A DNA stretch of 64,000 bases from a virus (taxonomy: Duplodnaviria > Caudoviricetes): the IMG/VR virus record IMGVR_UViG_3300009128_000006, positions 26,157 to 90,156 of that record; one strand, written 5' to 3'. Shown piece after piece: positions 38,337 through 47,903 of the stretch. The position numbers were made by a program, and so were the translations under genes. Each line of letters starts with the position of its first letter. Within the stretch, counting starts at the first letter, position 1. The notes beneath the pieces are model-generated. The model did no database searches and was not told where the DNA came from. It saw nothing but the letters and a program-made list of their open reading frames with translations.

Positions 38337-38585
38337 GCTTCTCGCCGAAGGCCTCCTTCAAGTCTTGAAGCCGCAGCTTCGTCGTCCGCTCCGCGCTCTC
38401 TTGCAGTACGACCTCTCTCCTCTCCATACTGAGAGGTTCTCCACTCTCCACGTCGTAGACCGCCTCATCCTTGATGGCCAAGTCTACGAGCATGTGGAGC
38501 ACGTCCTGGTCCGAGATCTTCCTACCTCTGGAGGATAGCCGTCGTGCCGTCCTCCGGAGGTAGCGTGCGTGACGGTCCAGGAGCT

Positions 38586-38945
38586 TCAGTTGATGGGCCC
38601 CTGGGAGACGGCCTGCATCTGCCGCCGCCGCCGCATCGCCTGGTTCACCATCTCGATCTTGGACTGCTCCACCATCTCCTTCAGTGCGGCTGAGGCGGCC
38701 TGGAGGTTGAGGCCAGAGTGCTGCGAGAGGGTAGTGACAAAGGCACTAAGGCCTTGCCCGATCATCTCCACACAGATCCGCGCCCGAGAGAGACCTTTCG
38801 GCTCCTCTGTAGTGACGAGGTTGACGGCGAAGCTCAAGGCATCGCCCTCTTCCATGATGTAGATGAGGGTGTAGGTCTCCAGCCCATACCGCTCGCGGAG
38901 CTCCTGCCATTCCGCGTTGAATGCGGCCTGATCTGTAGGTTTCAT
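38586..38945 (-). CDS. Hypothetical protein
   Basis: ATGA overlap with vWA gene. Confidence 0.55.
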   Translation of the reverse strand: MKPTDQAAFNAEWQELRERYGLETYTLIYIMEEGDALSFAVNLVTTEEPKGLSRARICVEMIGQGLSAFVTTLSQHSGLNLQAASAALKEMVEQSKIEMVNQAMRRRRQMQAVSQGPIN

Positions 38946-40816
38946 GTGCGTCTCTTGTTCAGATGACCCTCGGCCAGGATCCGTACCGCATTGGGTAGTG
39001 CGACTACGAGCTCATCCAGTGTGCCGAGGATTGAGTAGTTGAGTTGATGGAAGGCCCTGTCGAATAGCTCTCGGGCCGTCTCTGGTTCCATGCTTCGCTG
39101 CCGGATGGCCAGTACCGCCAGAGGGATCTTGTCCTTCTGGACCCCGAGGATCTCTTCCTGTAGATCCTGGAGAGCGTCTCCTGTACTGTTCCGAACCCGG
39201 CAAGAGGTCGGCAGACCATCCGTCATCAAGATGATGGCCCTACGGCTGGGAGCCTCCTTGCCCCACGCATGCGCGACCTCCAGGGCCTGTACCATGGACG
39301 TACCGCCATGGGTGAGCCCCGAAGCTCCTACGGGAGAGCCCAGCTCCTCGAAGGCGAAGATGCAGTCCGAGAAGGCCCACATTGTGGCCTTGCTCTTGAT
39401 GGCCCGGACAGCGTAGACCGCATCGGCCAGTGCCTGCTCCACGAGCTGAAGCTCGTAGCCGATCATGCTTCCGCTCACGTCGAAGAGGAACAGAAGCTCG
39501 AACTGCGCCACACGGAGCTCCTCTTCGTAGAATGGTCGACCCAGGTCTCCTGCACCGATCGCATCCAGTAGGGCTCCGGCATCAAGGTCCCCTTCGAAGG
39601 ACATCCTCGATTTCTTCTTCATTCGGAGCTGGGACAGGTGCCTGCGACATGCCTCTCCTGCGGCAGTGGTCTCCGGCAACGGCTTCACAGGCTGGACGAA
39701 GACCGTAGGGATCCCGCTGAGCTGTGCAGAGCCCATGAGCAGGTTCTTCTGCTCTTGTTCTGGCGCATCCTTGTTGAGAAGTGCAGCCTGCTGAGCCTGT
39801 TCGATCCGCTGGGCCATCGCTTTGCGACCTGCCTCGAGGATCTGCTCAAAAGGTGATGGTCCTCCGGCCTCCGGCTTATCCTTGGAAGCCTTCATCACCT
39901 TCTTCACACTCCCCAGGCCGTGCTTCGACTTCGGCCGTTGCCCTTCAGGAAGTGTGACATCCTTCTTCCCGATGGGCGACTGAGGAGCTGAGTCCTTGTG
40001 TGGACCTCTACGAGGGACGGCATCGCACAAGGATTGCATCTTTTTCTTGGCTTCCTCCTCCCGTTTCTTCTTCGCCTGTTGTCGTTTCTGCTTTGCACCT
40101 TGAGGCTTCCTTCCGGAAGAGGGAGGCTTCGGAGGCGGAGGCATGAACTTTATGAGCTCATCAGCGATGTCGTCGATGAGCTGGCCAGTGATTGCCAGGC
40201 CAGCCACAGCATCCACCAGCTCTATGAGTCCAAGAGCCGTCTGCAGGGGCTGTACACATGCCTGGAAGTTGGCCGGAGCTTCAGGGACAGGGACACCGTT
40301 GGCCTCACTGCAAAGGAAGTCGAGGATGTTGGCGACCTTCGCCCTGGGATTCGCCTCGTACTTGCAGATGTCGTGACTCAGCTGCATCAGAAGGTCGGCA
40401 CCTCCAGGGTAGAGCTCACCCCATAGACTGCACACCCTGTGGTCTTCGAGCATGTTCCACAGGTCAAAGCAGATCTTCTTGAGATGCGTCTCGAAGGGGT
40501 TGACTGTACCAGGCTTCACCCCTGCCCGGTTCATGAGGCGACTCACGAACGTGTCGATGAACACGTTCGTCAGATGTACATCCGTCTCGAAGAGCCAGTG
40601 CGAGAGCTCGTGCTCCGTGATGACGTATGACTCTTCCGAGTCCTCGTTGACCCAAATGGCCGTCGTGCAGTCGGTGTAGCCACCCTGCTCTGTGTTCTTC
40701 AGCTCTATGACCTTGCCGAGCATACCCTCGAAGGCCTTTACCAGAGCCTTCATACGGGCCAGGCGGTACTCCTTGGGACCCCCCATGGGTCCCAAATCCA
40801 GCGGCGGCCTGGTCAC
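38942..40816 (-). CDS. vWA-domain protein (CobT/NorD-like) with HExxH motif
   Basis: MIDAS DVSGS, GGT, LMTDG; N-terminal HELSH and LEDHRV; GTGA overlap with AAA gene. Confidence 0.85.
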   Translation of the reverse strand: MTRPPLDLGPMGGPKEYRLARMKALVKAFEGMLGKVIELKNTEQGGYTDCTTAIWVNEDSEESYVITEHELSHWLFETDVHLTNVFIDTFVSRLMNRAGVKPGTVNPFETHLKKICFDLWNMLEDHRVCSLWGELYPGGADLLMQLSHDICKYEANPRAKVANILDFLCSEANGVPVPEAPANFQACVQPLQTALGLIELVDAVAGLAITGQLIDDIADELIKFMPPPPKPPSSGRKPQGAKQKRQQAKKKREEEAKKKMQSLCDAVPRRGPHKDSAPQSPIGKKDVTLPEGQRPKSKHGLGSVKKVMKASKDKPEAGGPSPFEQILEAGRKAMAQRIEQAQQAALLNKDAPEQEQKNLLMGSAQLSGIPTVFVQPVKPLPETTAAGEACRRHLSQLRMKKKSRMSFEGDLDAGALLDAIGAGDLGRPFYEEELRVAQFELLFLFDVSGSMIGYELQLVEQALADAVYAVRAIKSKATMWAFSDCIFAFEELGSPVGASGLTHGGTSMVQALEVAHAWGKEAPSRRAIILMTDGLPTSCRVRNSTGDALQDLQEEILGVQKDKIPLAVLAIRQRSMEPETARELFDRAFHQLNYSILGTLDELVVALPNAVRILAEGHLNKRRT

Positions 40817-41871
40817 AGGAGCTTCACCTTGGTGAGGTCGATGGCCGGGCGGAATCCGCTCCGCACGCGTGCTCGGAAGTCGGCCACGTAGCGGCCATCG
40901 AACTTCCCTTCCAGCAGCTTCAGAGCCTGTGCACGGTCTCCCAGACGACAGAAGGAGTCCGCACACTGGATCAGGTCCCGAGTGCTCAGGGCGTAGCCGT
41001 ACTTCCCGCCCCGTGTCTCCTTCGAGAGGGCCTGCAGACCCCGAACGAACTGCTTCGACTCCGCCGACTGGTCAGGCATGTGATCGAGGAGGATGGCCCG
41101 CTCGTCTGCCTCCGGCATGAAGTCCATCTGCACGAACTGGAACCGGCTCCGGAAGTCCTCGTTCAAGCTGTACGTTCCGCCGTAGTCAGGGTTCATCGTT
41201 CCCACGACCCACAGGCTACATGCGAAGGCGATTACCACACCCTCACGCACAGTGTCTCCCTCCTGCAAACCCTTCGAGAGGTTGCGAGTCGGGACCTCAC
41301 GGACCCACACCTCATTGCCGATGCCGATGGCCACCTCCGTGGTGTACTCGTCCGATGGTTCCAGGCTGACGATCTCACCGTTGCCAGGGCACAGCACCTC
41401 GCCGTTGAGTCGATACACGCGGCCGATGTGGTGGATGTCCACCTCTTGGCGGAAGTCCGCCAGAGAGTTCAGGACCTTCTGTGCCTCCTCATCCAGTGCG
41501 TTGATCTCCTCCAGCACCAGTACACACGCACCCGCCTCGTTCGCCACGTCGATGGCCTGAGAGAGGACTCCCAGCACGAAGTATGACTCCTCGAGGCTCT
41601 TGAACACGAAGCCGCCCGTCAGGTGGCGGTCGGACGTCTTCCCAGTGCAGCTCTTCCGCAGGAACGGCAGACCCCGGCCGAAGGCCCACTGCTCCACGCC
41701 CATTGTCTTCCCCGCTCCTTTGGGCCCTTTCAGGATGAGCGGATGCCCGAACGACAGCTTCTCCAGAAGCTGAATCGTCCCGACGTCCCGGTACTCCGGG
41801 AACTCCCTCGCCTTGAGCTTGGACGTCTCCGTACGCCGGATATCCGTCCCGCCCAGTGTAGTTTTCTTCAT
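40813..41871 (-). CDS. MoxR/CbbQ/NorQ-family AAA+ ATPase
   Basis: Walker A GPKGAGKT, LVLEEIN, GTMNPDYGG...LNEDFRSRF, LSTRDL. Confidence 0.9.
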   Translation of the reverse strand: MKKTTLGGTDIRRTETSKLKAREFPEYRDVGTIQLLEKLSFGHPLILKGPKGAGKTMGVEQWAFGRGLPFLRKSCTGKTSDRHLTGGFVFKSLEESYFVLGVLSQAIDVANEAGACVLVLEEINALDEEAQKVLNSLADFRQEVDIHHIGRVYRLNGEVLCPGNGEIVSLEPSDEYTTEVAIGIGNEVWVREVPTRNLSKGLQEGDTVREGVVIAFACSLWVVGTMNPDYGGTYSLNEDFRSRFQFVQMDFMPEADERAILLDHMPDQSAESKQFVRGLQALSKETRGGKYGYALSTRDLIQCADSFCRLGDRAQALKLLEGKFDGRYVADFRARVRSGFRPAIDLTKVKLL

Positions 41872-41956
41872 GGGTAACTCCATAGCTAACCATGCTTCTT
41901 GTGCCGCATCTGCACAGGGGTTTGCGTTTGTACTCACACCCTGGTATGACTGGATC

Positions 41957-42226
41957 ATGGCAGAAGGATCACAGGAAATACCCCCAATCCTTCCTCCGGC
42001 ACAGATGTCTGCCGAGGAGGCTCATCGGTACATGGGTGAGGTGATGGCGACGTCCCTGAAGAGATCGGGGGCGTTTGTTGTGCTTCGTAGACGGACCGGG
42101 GAGATTACCATCCTGGACCCCAAGATCCTGGATCATATCGACGATGTGGTGATGGCGGAATGCCTTCTGGCTTCTTGGACAGAGGATGAGGTGAAAAGGT
42201 ACCTATCCTTGCGGGGTATGGGATGA
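41957..42226 (+). CDS. Hypothetical protein
   Basis: Divergent from AAA gene; protein-like ORF. Confidence 0.5.
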   Translation: MAEGSQEIPPILPPAQMSAEEAHRYMGEVMATSLKRSGAFVVLRRRTGEITILDPKILDHIDDVVMAECLLASWTEDEVKRYLSLRGMG

Positions 42227-42531
42227 GCGGTCAGGTGATTTCGGTAGCGCATCGATTTGCACCACGTGCTGGTCGTGTGTTTACTGCTTCCTACATCGAC
42301 ATCGACTATCTGCGAGAGCGCTGTCAGCGGGCGCTCGACGAGTACAACGTGGAGTGGAGGTTCCTCATCGCCTTTGACGTACCGGTAGGTACTCGTGTGG
42401 AGGAGGTGTTGAAGAAGCACATCCCGGCTCTCTCGTCGGTAGATGTAGAGCTTCAGGGCAAGAAGCACGTGGTGGCGTTCTCGACTAAGTCGCCCGAAGG
42501 TGTGAAGTACGGCTACTGCTTCACTCTCTGA
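42223..42531 (+). CDS. Hypothetical protein
   Basis: ATGA overlap. Confidence 0.55.
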   Translation: MSGQVISVAHRFAPRAGRVFTASYIDIDYLRERCQRALDEYNVEWRFLIAFDVPVGTRVEEVLKKHIPALSSVDVELQGKKHVVAFSTKSPEGVKYGYCFTL

Positions 42532-42576
42532 GATTTTCCGTCACAAGGCTGATGGACGGGCACCAGGAGTTAGCCC

Positions 42577-43413
42577 ATGCCGATCGTAAAGTGGCCCGGC
42601 GGAAAAGCGCGGGCCTTGAAGTACCTCCTTCCCGTGATCCGCGAAGGCACGGCGGGAGGGTTCGACACCTACCATGAGCCTTTCGTAGGAGGAGGGGCTG
42701 TCTTCTTTGCTCTCCAAGAGCAGGGAGCCATCACACATGCCGTGCTCTCGGATGGCAATGCCAAGCTCATCCGGATGTACCGAGGCGTTCGGGACAACGT
42801 CGATGAGGTCACGAAGGTCCTGACAGGGCTGGCCTCGTCAGACAGTGCCCGGCAGTTCCGGGTCATGCGGGCACGGTTCAACCAGATGCCGATGGCCTGG
42901 TCGGACACCGAGTTCGCTGCAGTGTTCATCTACCTGAACCGTGCAGGGTACAACGGCCTCTACCGAGAGAACTCCCGTGGGGATTTCAACACACCCTTCG
43001 CGGGCCCACCCCATCGAGAGCTGGGGGCGGGAATCATCTATGTGGAGGAGCTACGGAAGTGTGCGGAGGCCCTGCAGTGTGCAGAGCTCCGCCATAGCTC
43101 CTTCGAAGACAGCCTTGTTCTCGTAGAAGACGGGGACTTGGTCTATGCCGATCCTCCGTACTACGGGACTTCGTCTCAGATGTACTCGGCAGGGTCGTTC
43201 GGAGAGGAAGAGCAACGGTTCCTGGCTACTGGCTTGGGAGCAGTTGCTGATGACGAAGCCCTGGTAGTGGCTTCGAACTCCGACACTGAGTTCACGCGTG
43301 AGATCTATGGTGAGCAAGGCTTCGCCATGCGGGAGAGTCGCCGCGTGAACTCCATCAACAGAAACTCAGATGACAGGTCTCCGAAGGCGGACCTCATCTT
43401 CACATCTTTCTGA
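42577..43413 (+). CDS. dam: DNA adenine methyltransferase (Dam/D12 class)
   Basis: KWPGGK, EPFVGGGAVF, YLNRAGYNGLYREN, YADPPY. Confidence 0.93.
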   Translation: MPIVKWPGGKARALKYLLPVIREGTAGGFDTYHEPFVGGGAVFFALQEQGAITHAVLSDGNAKLIRMYRGVRDNVDEVTKVLTGLASSDSARQFRVMRARFNQMPMAWSDTEFAAVFIYLNRAGYNGLYRENSRGDFNTPFAGPPHRELGAGIIYVEELRKCAEALQCAELRHSSFEDSLVLVEDGDLVYADPPYYGTSSQMYSAGSFGEEEQRFLATGLGAVADDEALVVASNSDTEFTREIYGEQGFAMRESRRVNSINRNSDDRSPKADLIFTSF

Positions 43414-43423
43414 GAGGCTCTAC

Positions 43424-44296
43424 ATGAGCGCATACGAGGAAGGGACCGTCCAGGTCCTCCCCATCGACCAGATCAAGGTCGGTGTTAACATCACCAACAT
43501 TCGGACGGTCTACAGCGATGAGGCCATCCGTGAACTTGCCGAGTCCATCTACAACCAGGGACTCCTCGTTCCCGTCATCGTCATGGAGGCCGAAGACGCC
43601 AAGGGCGATGAGATCTGGGAGCTGGTCTGCGGCTCTCGTCGTCTGCGGGCCATCGCCTACATCCAGACGAACATCGACCAGGACTGGAACAACGGCGAGA
43701 TCGATGTCCGAGTGTTCGAGGGCTCCCTCGAGGAGGCAGAGCTCGTCAACGGTGTGGAGAACATCGAGCGGGCTGAGGTCGATGCCGTCGACACCGCGGC
43801 ATGGCTCTACCGGCTCGTAGAGACCGGCTACACCCAGGACGACCTGGCCAAGAAGATCCACAAGTCGCCGGCGTGGGTGTCGGCACGGATCTCCTTCCAC
43901 CGGAAGGCTTCCGATGGCCTCAAGAAGGCCTACCGTGAGGGGCTGATGTCCTTCACCACGGCCTGTGAGCTGGCCAAGAACCTCAATGAAGAGGACCAGC
44001 TCAAGCGCATCCGCAAGGCTCGCCTGAACAACGAGAAGCTCATCAAGTTCGAGGATGCCAAGCATGCTGGCGATCCCGACCGAGTCTCTCGGCCCTCTGC
44101 CAAGGCCAGGGCTGACATGCAGGCGTACGCCGAGTCGCTGGCTGGTGACCCCAAGTACGGCAACGCGCATGGCGTCGCTATGGCCCTTCGCTGGGTCGAT
44201 GGTACACTGTCTCAGGAAGAGATCAAGACGGATGTGATCGAATGGATTCGAACCGAGAAGAAGGACAAGGACAGCTCCGAGGACGAGACGGAGTGA
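43424..44296 (+). CDS. ParB/RepB/Spo0J-family protein
   Basis: ELAESIYNQGLLVPVIV, LVCGSRRLRA, ENIER, HTH YTQDDLAKKIHKSPAWVS. Confidence 0.88.
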   Translation: MSAYEEGTVQVLPIDQIKVGVNITNIRTVYSDEAIRELAESIYNQGLLVPVIVMEAEDAKGDEIWELVCGSRRLRAIAYIQTNIDQDWNNGEIDVRVFEGSLEEAELVNGVENIERAEVDAVDTAAWLYRLVETGYTQDDLAKKIHKSPAWVSARISFHRKASDGLKKAYREGLMSFTTACELAKNLNEEDQLKRIRKARLNNEKLIKFEDAKHAGDPDRVSRPSAKARADMQAYAESLAGDPKYGNAHGVAMALRWVDGTLSQEEIKTDVIEWIRTEKKDKDSSEDETE

Positions 44297-44459
44297 TCCC
44301 GGGGGTCAGGCTTATCGGCTGGGCAAAGGAGCGGGCTGTCCTGCTCCTTGCGACCCTCACCGCATCCGGCCACGTGGAGTACCGCGTAGTCGGGAGCTTC
44401 TCGATGGGGCAGCCCGCCGAGGCGTAGAGATAGAGGCAGCCCACGGCGGGGCTGTTCTC

Positions 44460-44726
44460 TTAGCCCTTGATCTTCCCCTTCACGATGTGAAGCTCGACAG
44501 GACCAATCCCCTTCATCCGCTCTTCGATGTAGGGCACGATGGTGATGAGCTGGGCCTTGCACAGACTCATGTTGTCTGTTCCGAGGGTAAGCAACACAGT
44601 GTCCGTGTTCGAGCTGAACCCAACACTCACGAAGATGATGGATTCATAGGCGAGTAGAACATCTTCGAGCTCCGCTCGTAGAGCGAGCTTCGCATCGTCG
44701 AGGTGCGGAACTGTCTCACGGGGCAT
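44460..44726 (-). CDS. Hypothetical protein
   Basis: Short ORF overlapping upstream gene end. Confidence 0.5.
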   Translation of the reverse strand: MPRETVPHLDDAKLALRAELEDVLLAYESIIFVSVGFSSNTDTVLLTLGTDNMSLCKAQLITIVPYIEERMKGIGPVELHIVKGKIKG

Positions 44727-45024
44727 GCTTCTTTACCTCTGCCATAGCTCCAGCGACCTTCTCTGTGATCTTCGTCACTGAAGACCCGTACTTGTCGAGA
44801 GCCCATACTCCAAGAAGGTAGCCTGTGGCGAGCCAGCCCTCGAGGACGATGAGGGATAGGGCAAGCGGCCGCTGGTCCGCCTCGATGGTCTTATTCAACA
44901 GGTAGGCCAAGACCAGGAAGACCACCATGAAGGACGTCCACTTCTTGGACATCCATGGCGGCTTGTCGTTCTTGTCCAGCTCGTCGATAGGAGCCCGCTG
45001 AGCCGCCTCAGGCGTCCACATCAT
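44716..45024 (-). CDS. Two-TM membrane protein (holin-like)
   Basis: PWMSKKW then two hydrophobic segments; GAGGGG RBS. Confidence 0.45.
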   Translation of the reverse strand: MMWTPEAAQRAPIDELDKNDKPPWMSKKWTSFMVVFLVLAYLLNKTIEADQRPLALSLIVLEGWLATGYLLGVWALDKYGSSVTKITEKVAGAMAEVKKHAP

Positions 45025-45091
45025 CCCCTCGGTACTCTCCAGAGGCTCGCTGCGGAGATCATCGAAGGAAGGGTGAGGTGCGCTCGGAGCG

Positions 45092-46738
45092 CTACTCGGT
45101 GTGGACGATGAGGGCATTCAGGCTGGCCGCGTTGTCGGTGTGCGCGGTACCCCAGTCGGCAGAGACCTTGACGACCATGGCAGCCGTGGTGTCAACCCCT
45201 GCGAGGCTCTTGTACTCCGCACCCATGGTCGCTCCGGGACCTCCCAGATCACCACGGTCTCCCAAGCAGCTGCTCCCAGAGACGATGGCCGTCCGGCTGC
45301 TGTCCGTGCCAGCTCCGTATATGAGACAGCGGAGCTCGAAGATGCCCACTGCCAGGTCGTTGGAGATCGTCTCGGAGCGGGTCGTGAGGAGGTGGCCGTT
45401 CAGATACACCTTCAACTCGAGGGTGTCGCCGCCGTCCTTCACCAGGATGTCGCCTACAGCTGCATGGATCCGAAGTGCGCGTCCCGGCTTCAAGGTGTTC
45501 GCCGGGACAGTGTACTGCTGATCGAAGTCGGTCTCAGCGGCTTCGTCCGTGACTGTGTTCGACTCCGCCACGTTGGAGAACGCACGGCCACCGATCTTCA
45601 GGTCGGTCCCGCCAATGATGCCGTCCTTCGTCGTCGCAGAACCAGTGATCTCCACATCGCCCAGGCACTTGGCCTTCTTGTGGATGTTGACCTCTTCGGC
45701 CCCGTTGGTCGAAGTCGTGCTGACGTACTTGTTCAGACCCTGACGGATGACGAAGAAGTCGACCGTGTTGTCCGGCCCTGTGAAAACGATGGCTCCGGTG
45801 CTGTCCACCGCGATGCCGGCCGTACCCGCATCGATGTCGATGCCGCCATCAGCATGTGAAGCATAGAGCCGTACGGCGGCCGCATCGGCCACTGCAGAGT
45901 CCACGATGAACTGAGAACAGGTGACCGAGAAGTCATCGGTCGGAGCGTTGTAGGCGAACCCACCGCCCACCTGCGAGTATGAGCCTCCATCCGTGACGGA
46001 GAGCACACCGTCGACATCCACTGAGCCGGAGAAGGTTGTCGCACCACTCCCAAGGAAGTTGAAGGCAGGGTTGGTGGTGGTGTTGCCGAAGGAGACGACC
46101 TCGGACGTGTTGACCGTAGAGACCGCGAAGTAGGCGTTGGCACCTTCGGCGACCTTCCAGGCAGCGACCTTGTTGTCGGCGATGGTCCACAGGCCATTGT
46201 CCGAGGACAGCAGACTCAAATCTCCGGTAGAGGTGTCCGCCACCACGGCTGAGGTCGCGACCTTGCCGACTGTGACCGTACGATCTCCACCAGTACCGAT
46301 GCCGATGTCCTGGTCGACGTTGTCATTGCCGAGCAGGATCTCCGCCGAGGAGTTGATCTCGACGTTGCCCACCGCGTCGATGTGGTGCACCCCGGTCGTC
46401 ACCGACCTGGTGCCACCAGTACCGCTGTACAGCTCCAGACGGAGCGCGGTGACGGTGGCGGAGCCCACCTGCATGAGCTCCGAACCGTTCGAGGTCGTGA
46501 AGACCAGGTAGTCGTTCGTCCCCTCACGAACACGCCACGCATCGGCGTCGTCGTCGTCGAGGAGCTTGTCGCTCTGGGGCACGCCTTCCAGCTGGAAGGC
46601 GTACTCCGTTCCAGTCTCGTCGAGGAAGTACGGAAGACGGTCCGTCTTCGTGTACCAGTACGCCTGACCAGCAGGCGGGGTAGCAGGAGCAGAGCCCAGC
46701 CGTTGGGCGAGCTGATCAACGCGGATGACGCCGGGCAT
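45092..46738 (-). CDS. Tail fibre-like structural protein
   Basis: APATPPAGQAYWYTK N-terminal motif; repeated beta-strand units. Confidence 0.6.
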   Translation of the reverse strand: MPGVIRVDQLAQRLGSAPATPPAGQAYWYTKTDRLPYFLDETGTEYAFQLEGVPQSDKLLDDDDADAWRVREGTNDYLVFTTSNGSELMQVGSATVTALRLELYSGTGGTRSVTTGVHHIDAVGNVEINSSAEILLGNDNVDQDIGIGTGGDRTVTVGKVATSAVVADTSTGDLSLLSSDNGLWTIADNKVAAWKVAEGANAYFAVSTVNTSEVVSFGNTTTNPAFNFLGSGATTFSGSVDVDGVLSVTDGGSYSQVGGGFAYNAPTDDFSVTCSQFIVDSAVADAAAVRLYASHADGGIDIDAGTAGIAVDSTGAIVFTGPDNTVDFFVIRQGLNKYVSTTSTNGAEEVNIHKKAKCLGDVEITGSATTKDGIIGGTDLKIGGRAFSNVAESNTVTDEAAETDFDQQYTVPANTLKPGRALRIHAAVGDILVKDGGDTLELKVYLNGHLLTTRSETISNDLAVGIFELRCLIYGAGTDSSRTAIVSGSSCLGDRGDLGGPGATMGAEYKSLAGVDTTAAMVVKVSADWGTAHTDNAASLNALIVHTE

Positions 46739-46871
46739 CGGGACCTCTCAAAGGCAGGGACTCCAGAGCAGTTTAACGCATACCGCCTCCATATCCCCTC
46801 GCCCTTGTGGACGGTCCTCCTTCAAGCTATGAAGCGTGTACTCACAAACTGAACTGCTGCCCCTGGAGTGA

Positions 46872-47207
46872 GTGATGAAGCATCAGCTTCCCTGGACCGC
46901 CGTGAAGGCGAAGGATGGATTCTTCCACGTCGCTGATGCCCATGGCGAACGTGTTGTCACCGTCGGCAACGAGGCCGAGGATGGACAGACGGCTGAGATG
47001 ATCGCCGCCTGTGTGAACATGAGCGGCATCACCTGGATGATCTTCCGGCATGCTGTTCAGGTTCCGCATCTGATGATGCAGTTGCACGGAGAGATGGCGA
47101 AGCACGTCACGAGCCAGGCCGATGATGTCAAGGCCGTGCTCGACGACTGCCTGGAGGATGAGCTGGAGCCCGACGAGGATGTCGACGATGAGCCGTCCGA
47201 CACCTGA
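46872..47207 (+). CDS. Hypothetical protein
   Basis: GGAG RBS; acidic C-terminus. Confidence 0.55.
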   Translation: MMKHQLPWTAVKAKDGFFHVADAHGERVVTVGNEAEDGQTAEMIAACVNMSGITWMIFRHAVQVPHLMMQLHGEMAKHVTSQADDVKAVLDDCLEDELEPDEDVDDEPSDT

Positions 47208-47477
47208 GTCCGGTCTGGTCTCGGTTGGAGACCAGGTTGAGTTCGACTACAAGGGTGCGTCTATCGTAGGGACTTTGGTCTACCTGGGACGGCAACACTC
47301 AGCTACACGCCGTGTAGATGTGAACCGTTTGGTCTACTGGACCTCTGGCGTAGAACGCAATCGCTTTGTGGCTCTGAGGAAGAGCGGAGCCCGCGACAAG
47401 TTCATCAAGTACAGGTCGCCTTCTTCGAAGGGCTTCATCGTCCGGGTGGGAGACTGCTACTACTCCCCGGAAGTGGT

Positions 47478-47834
47478 CTACCTTTCTACTTGAAGATCGC
47501 GTGCATGATGACGGCGAGCTCTTCGGAGGTCCCTGGCGCACCACCTTTTACGGAAGCAGTACTGCCCTCCTTTTGGCACCATGAATCCGAAGGGGATGTG
47601 TGCTTCCATAGGAGAGCCTTGCCCTTCAACACATATTGTCAGGGTCTTATGTCTCTGACCCGATCCGGTTTCGATGTCGATGTAGACGACTGCGGGGTTG
47701 TTCCGCTGGGATCTCAGATGGGCCTGCCCTTGGACAAACAGCGTGCCCTTTGAGCCGTTTGTCTGCCACACATCCCAGCCGAAGCTCTTTTCCTGGTCAT
47801 CCAGCTGTGTACAGACCGACCATTTGTGTGACAT
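47478..47834 (-). CDS. Hypothetical protein
   Basis: ORF after terminator; contains a CATAAG box, boundaries uncertain. Confidence 0.3.
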   Translation of the reverse strand: MSHKWSVCTQLDDQEKSFGWDVWQTNGSKGTLFVQGQAHLRSQRNNPAVVYIDIETGSGQRHKTLTICVEGQGSPMEAHIPFGFMVPKGGQYCFRKRWCARDLRRARRHHARDLQVER

Positions 47835-47853
47835 GGGCTTTCCATAACGAAGA

Positions 47854-47879
47854 AGGGGTGGGCCTCTCGACCCACCCCT
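47854..47879 (-). terminator. Intrinsic terminator after 47904-49712 gene
   Basis: AGGGGTGGG/CCCACCCCT inverted repeat followed by TCTTC on minus strand. Confidence 0.65.
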
Positions 47880-47903
47880 ACCATACCTCGCCGGGTAGTC
47901 GGC

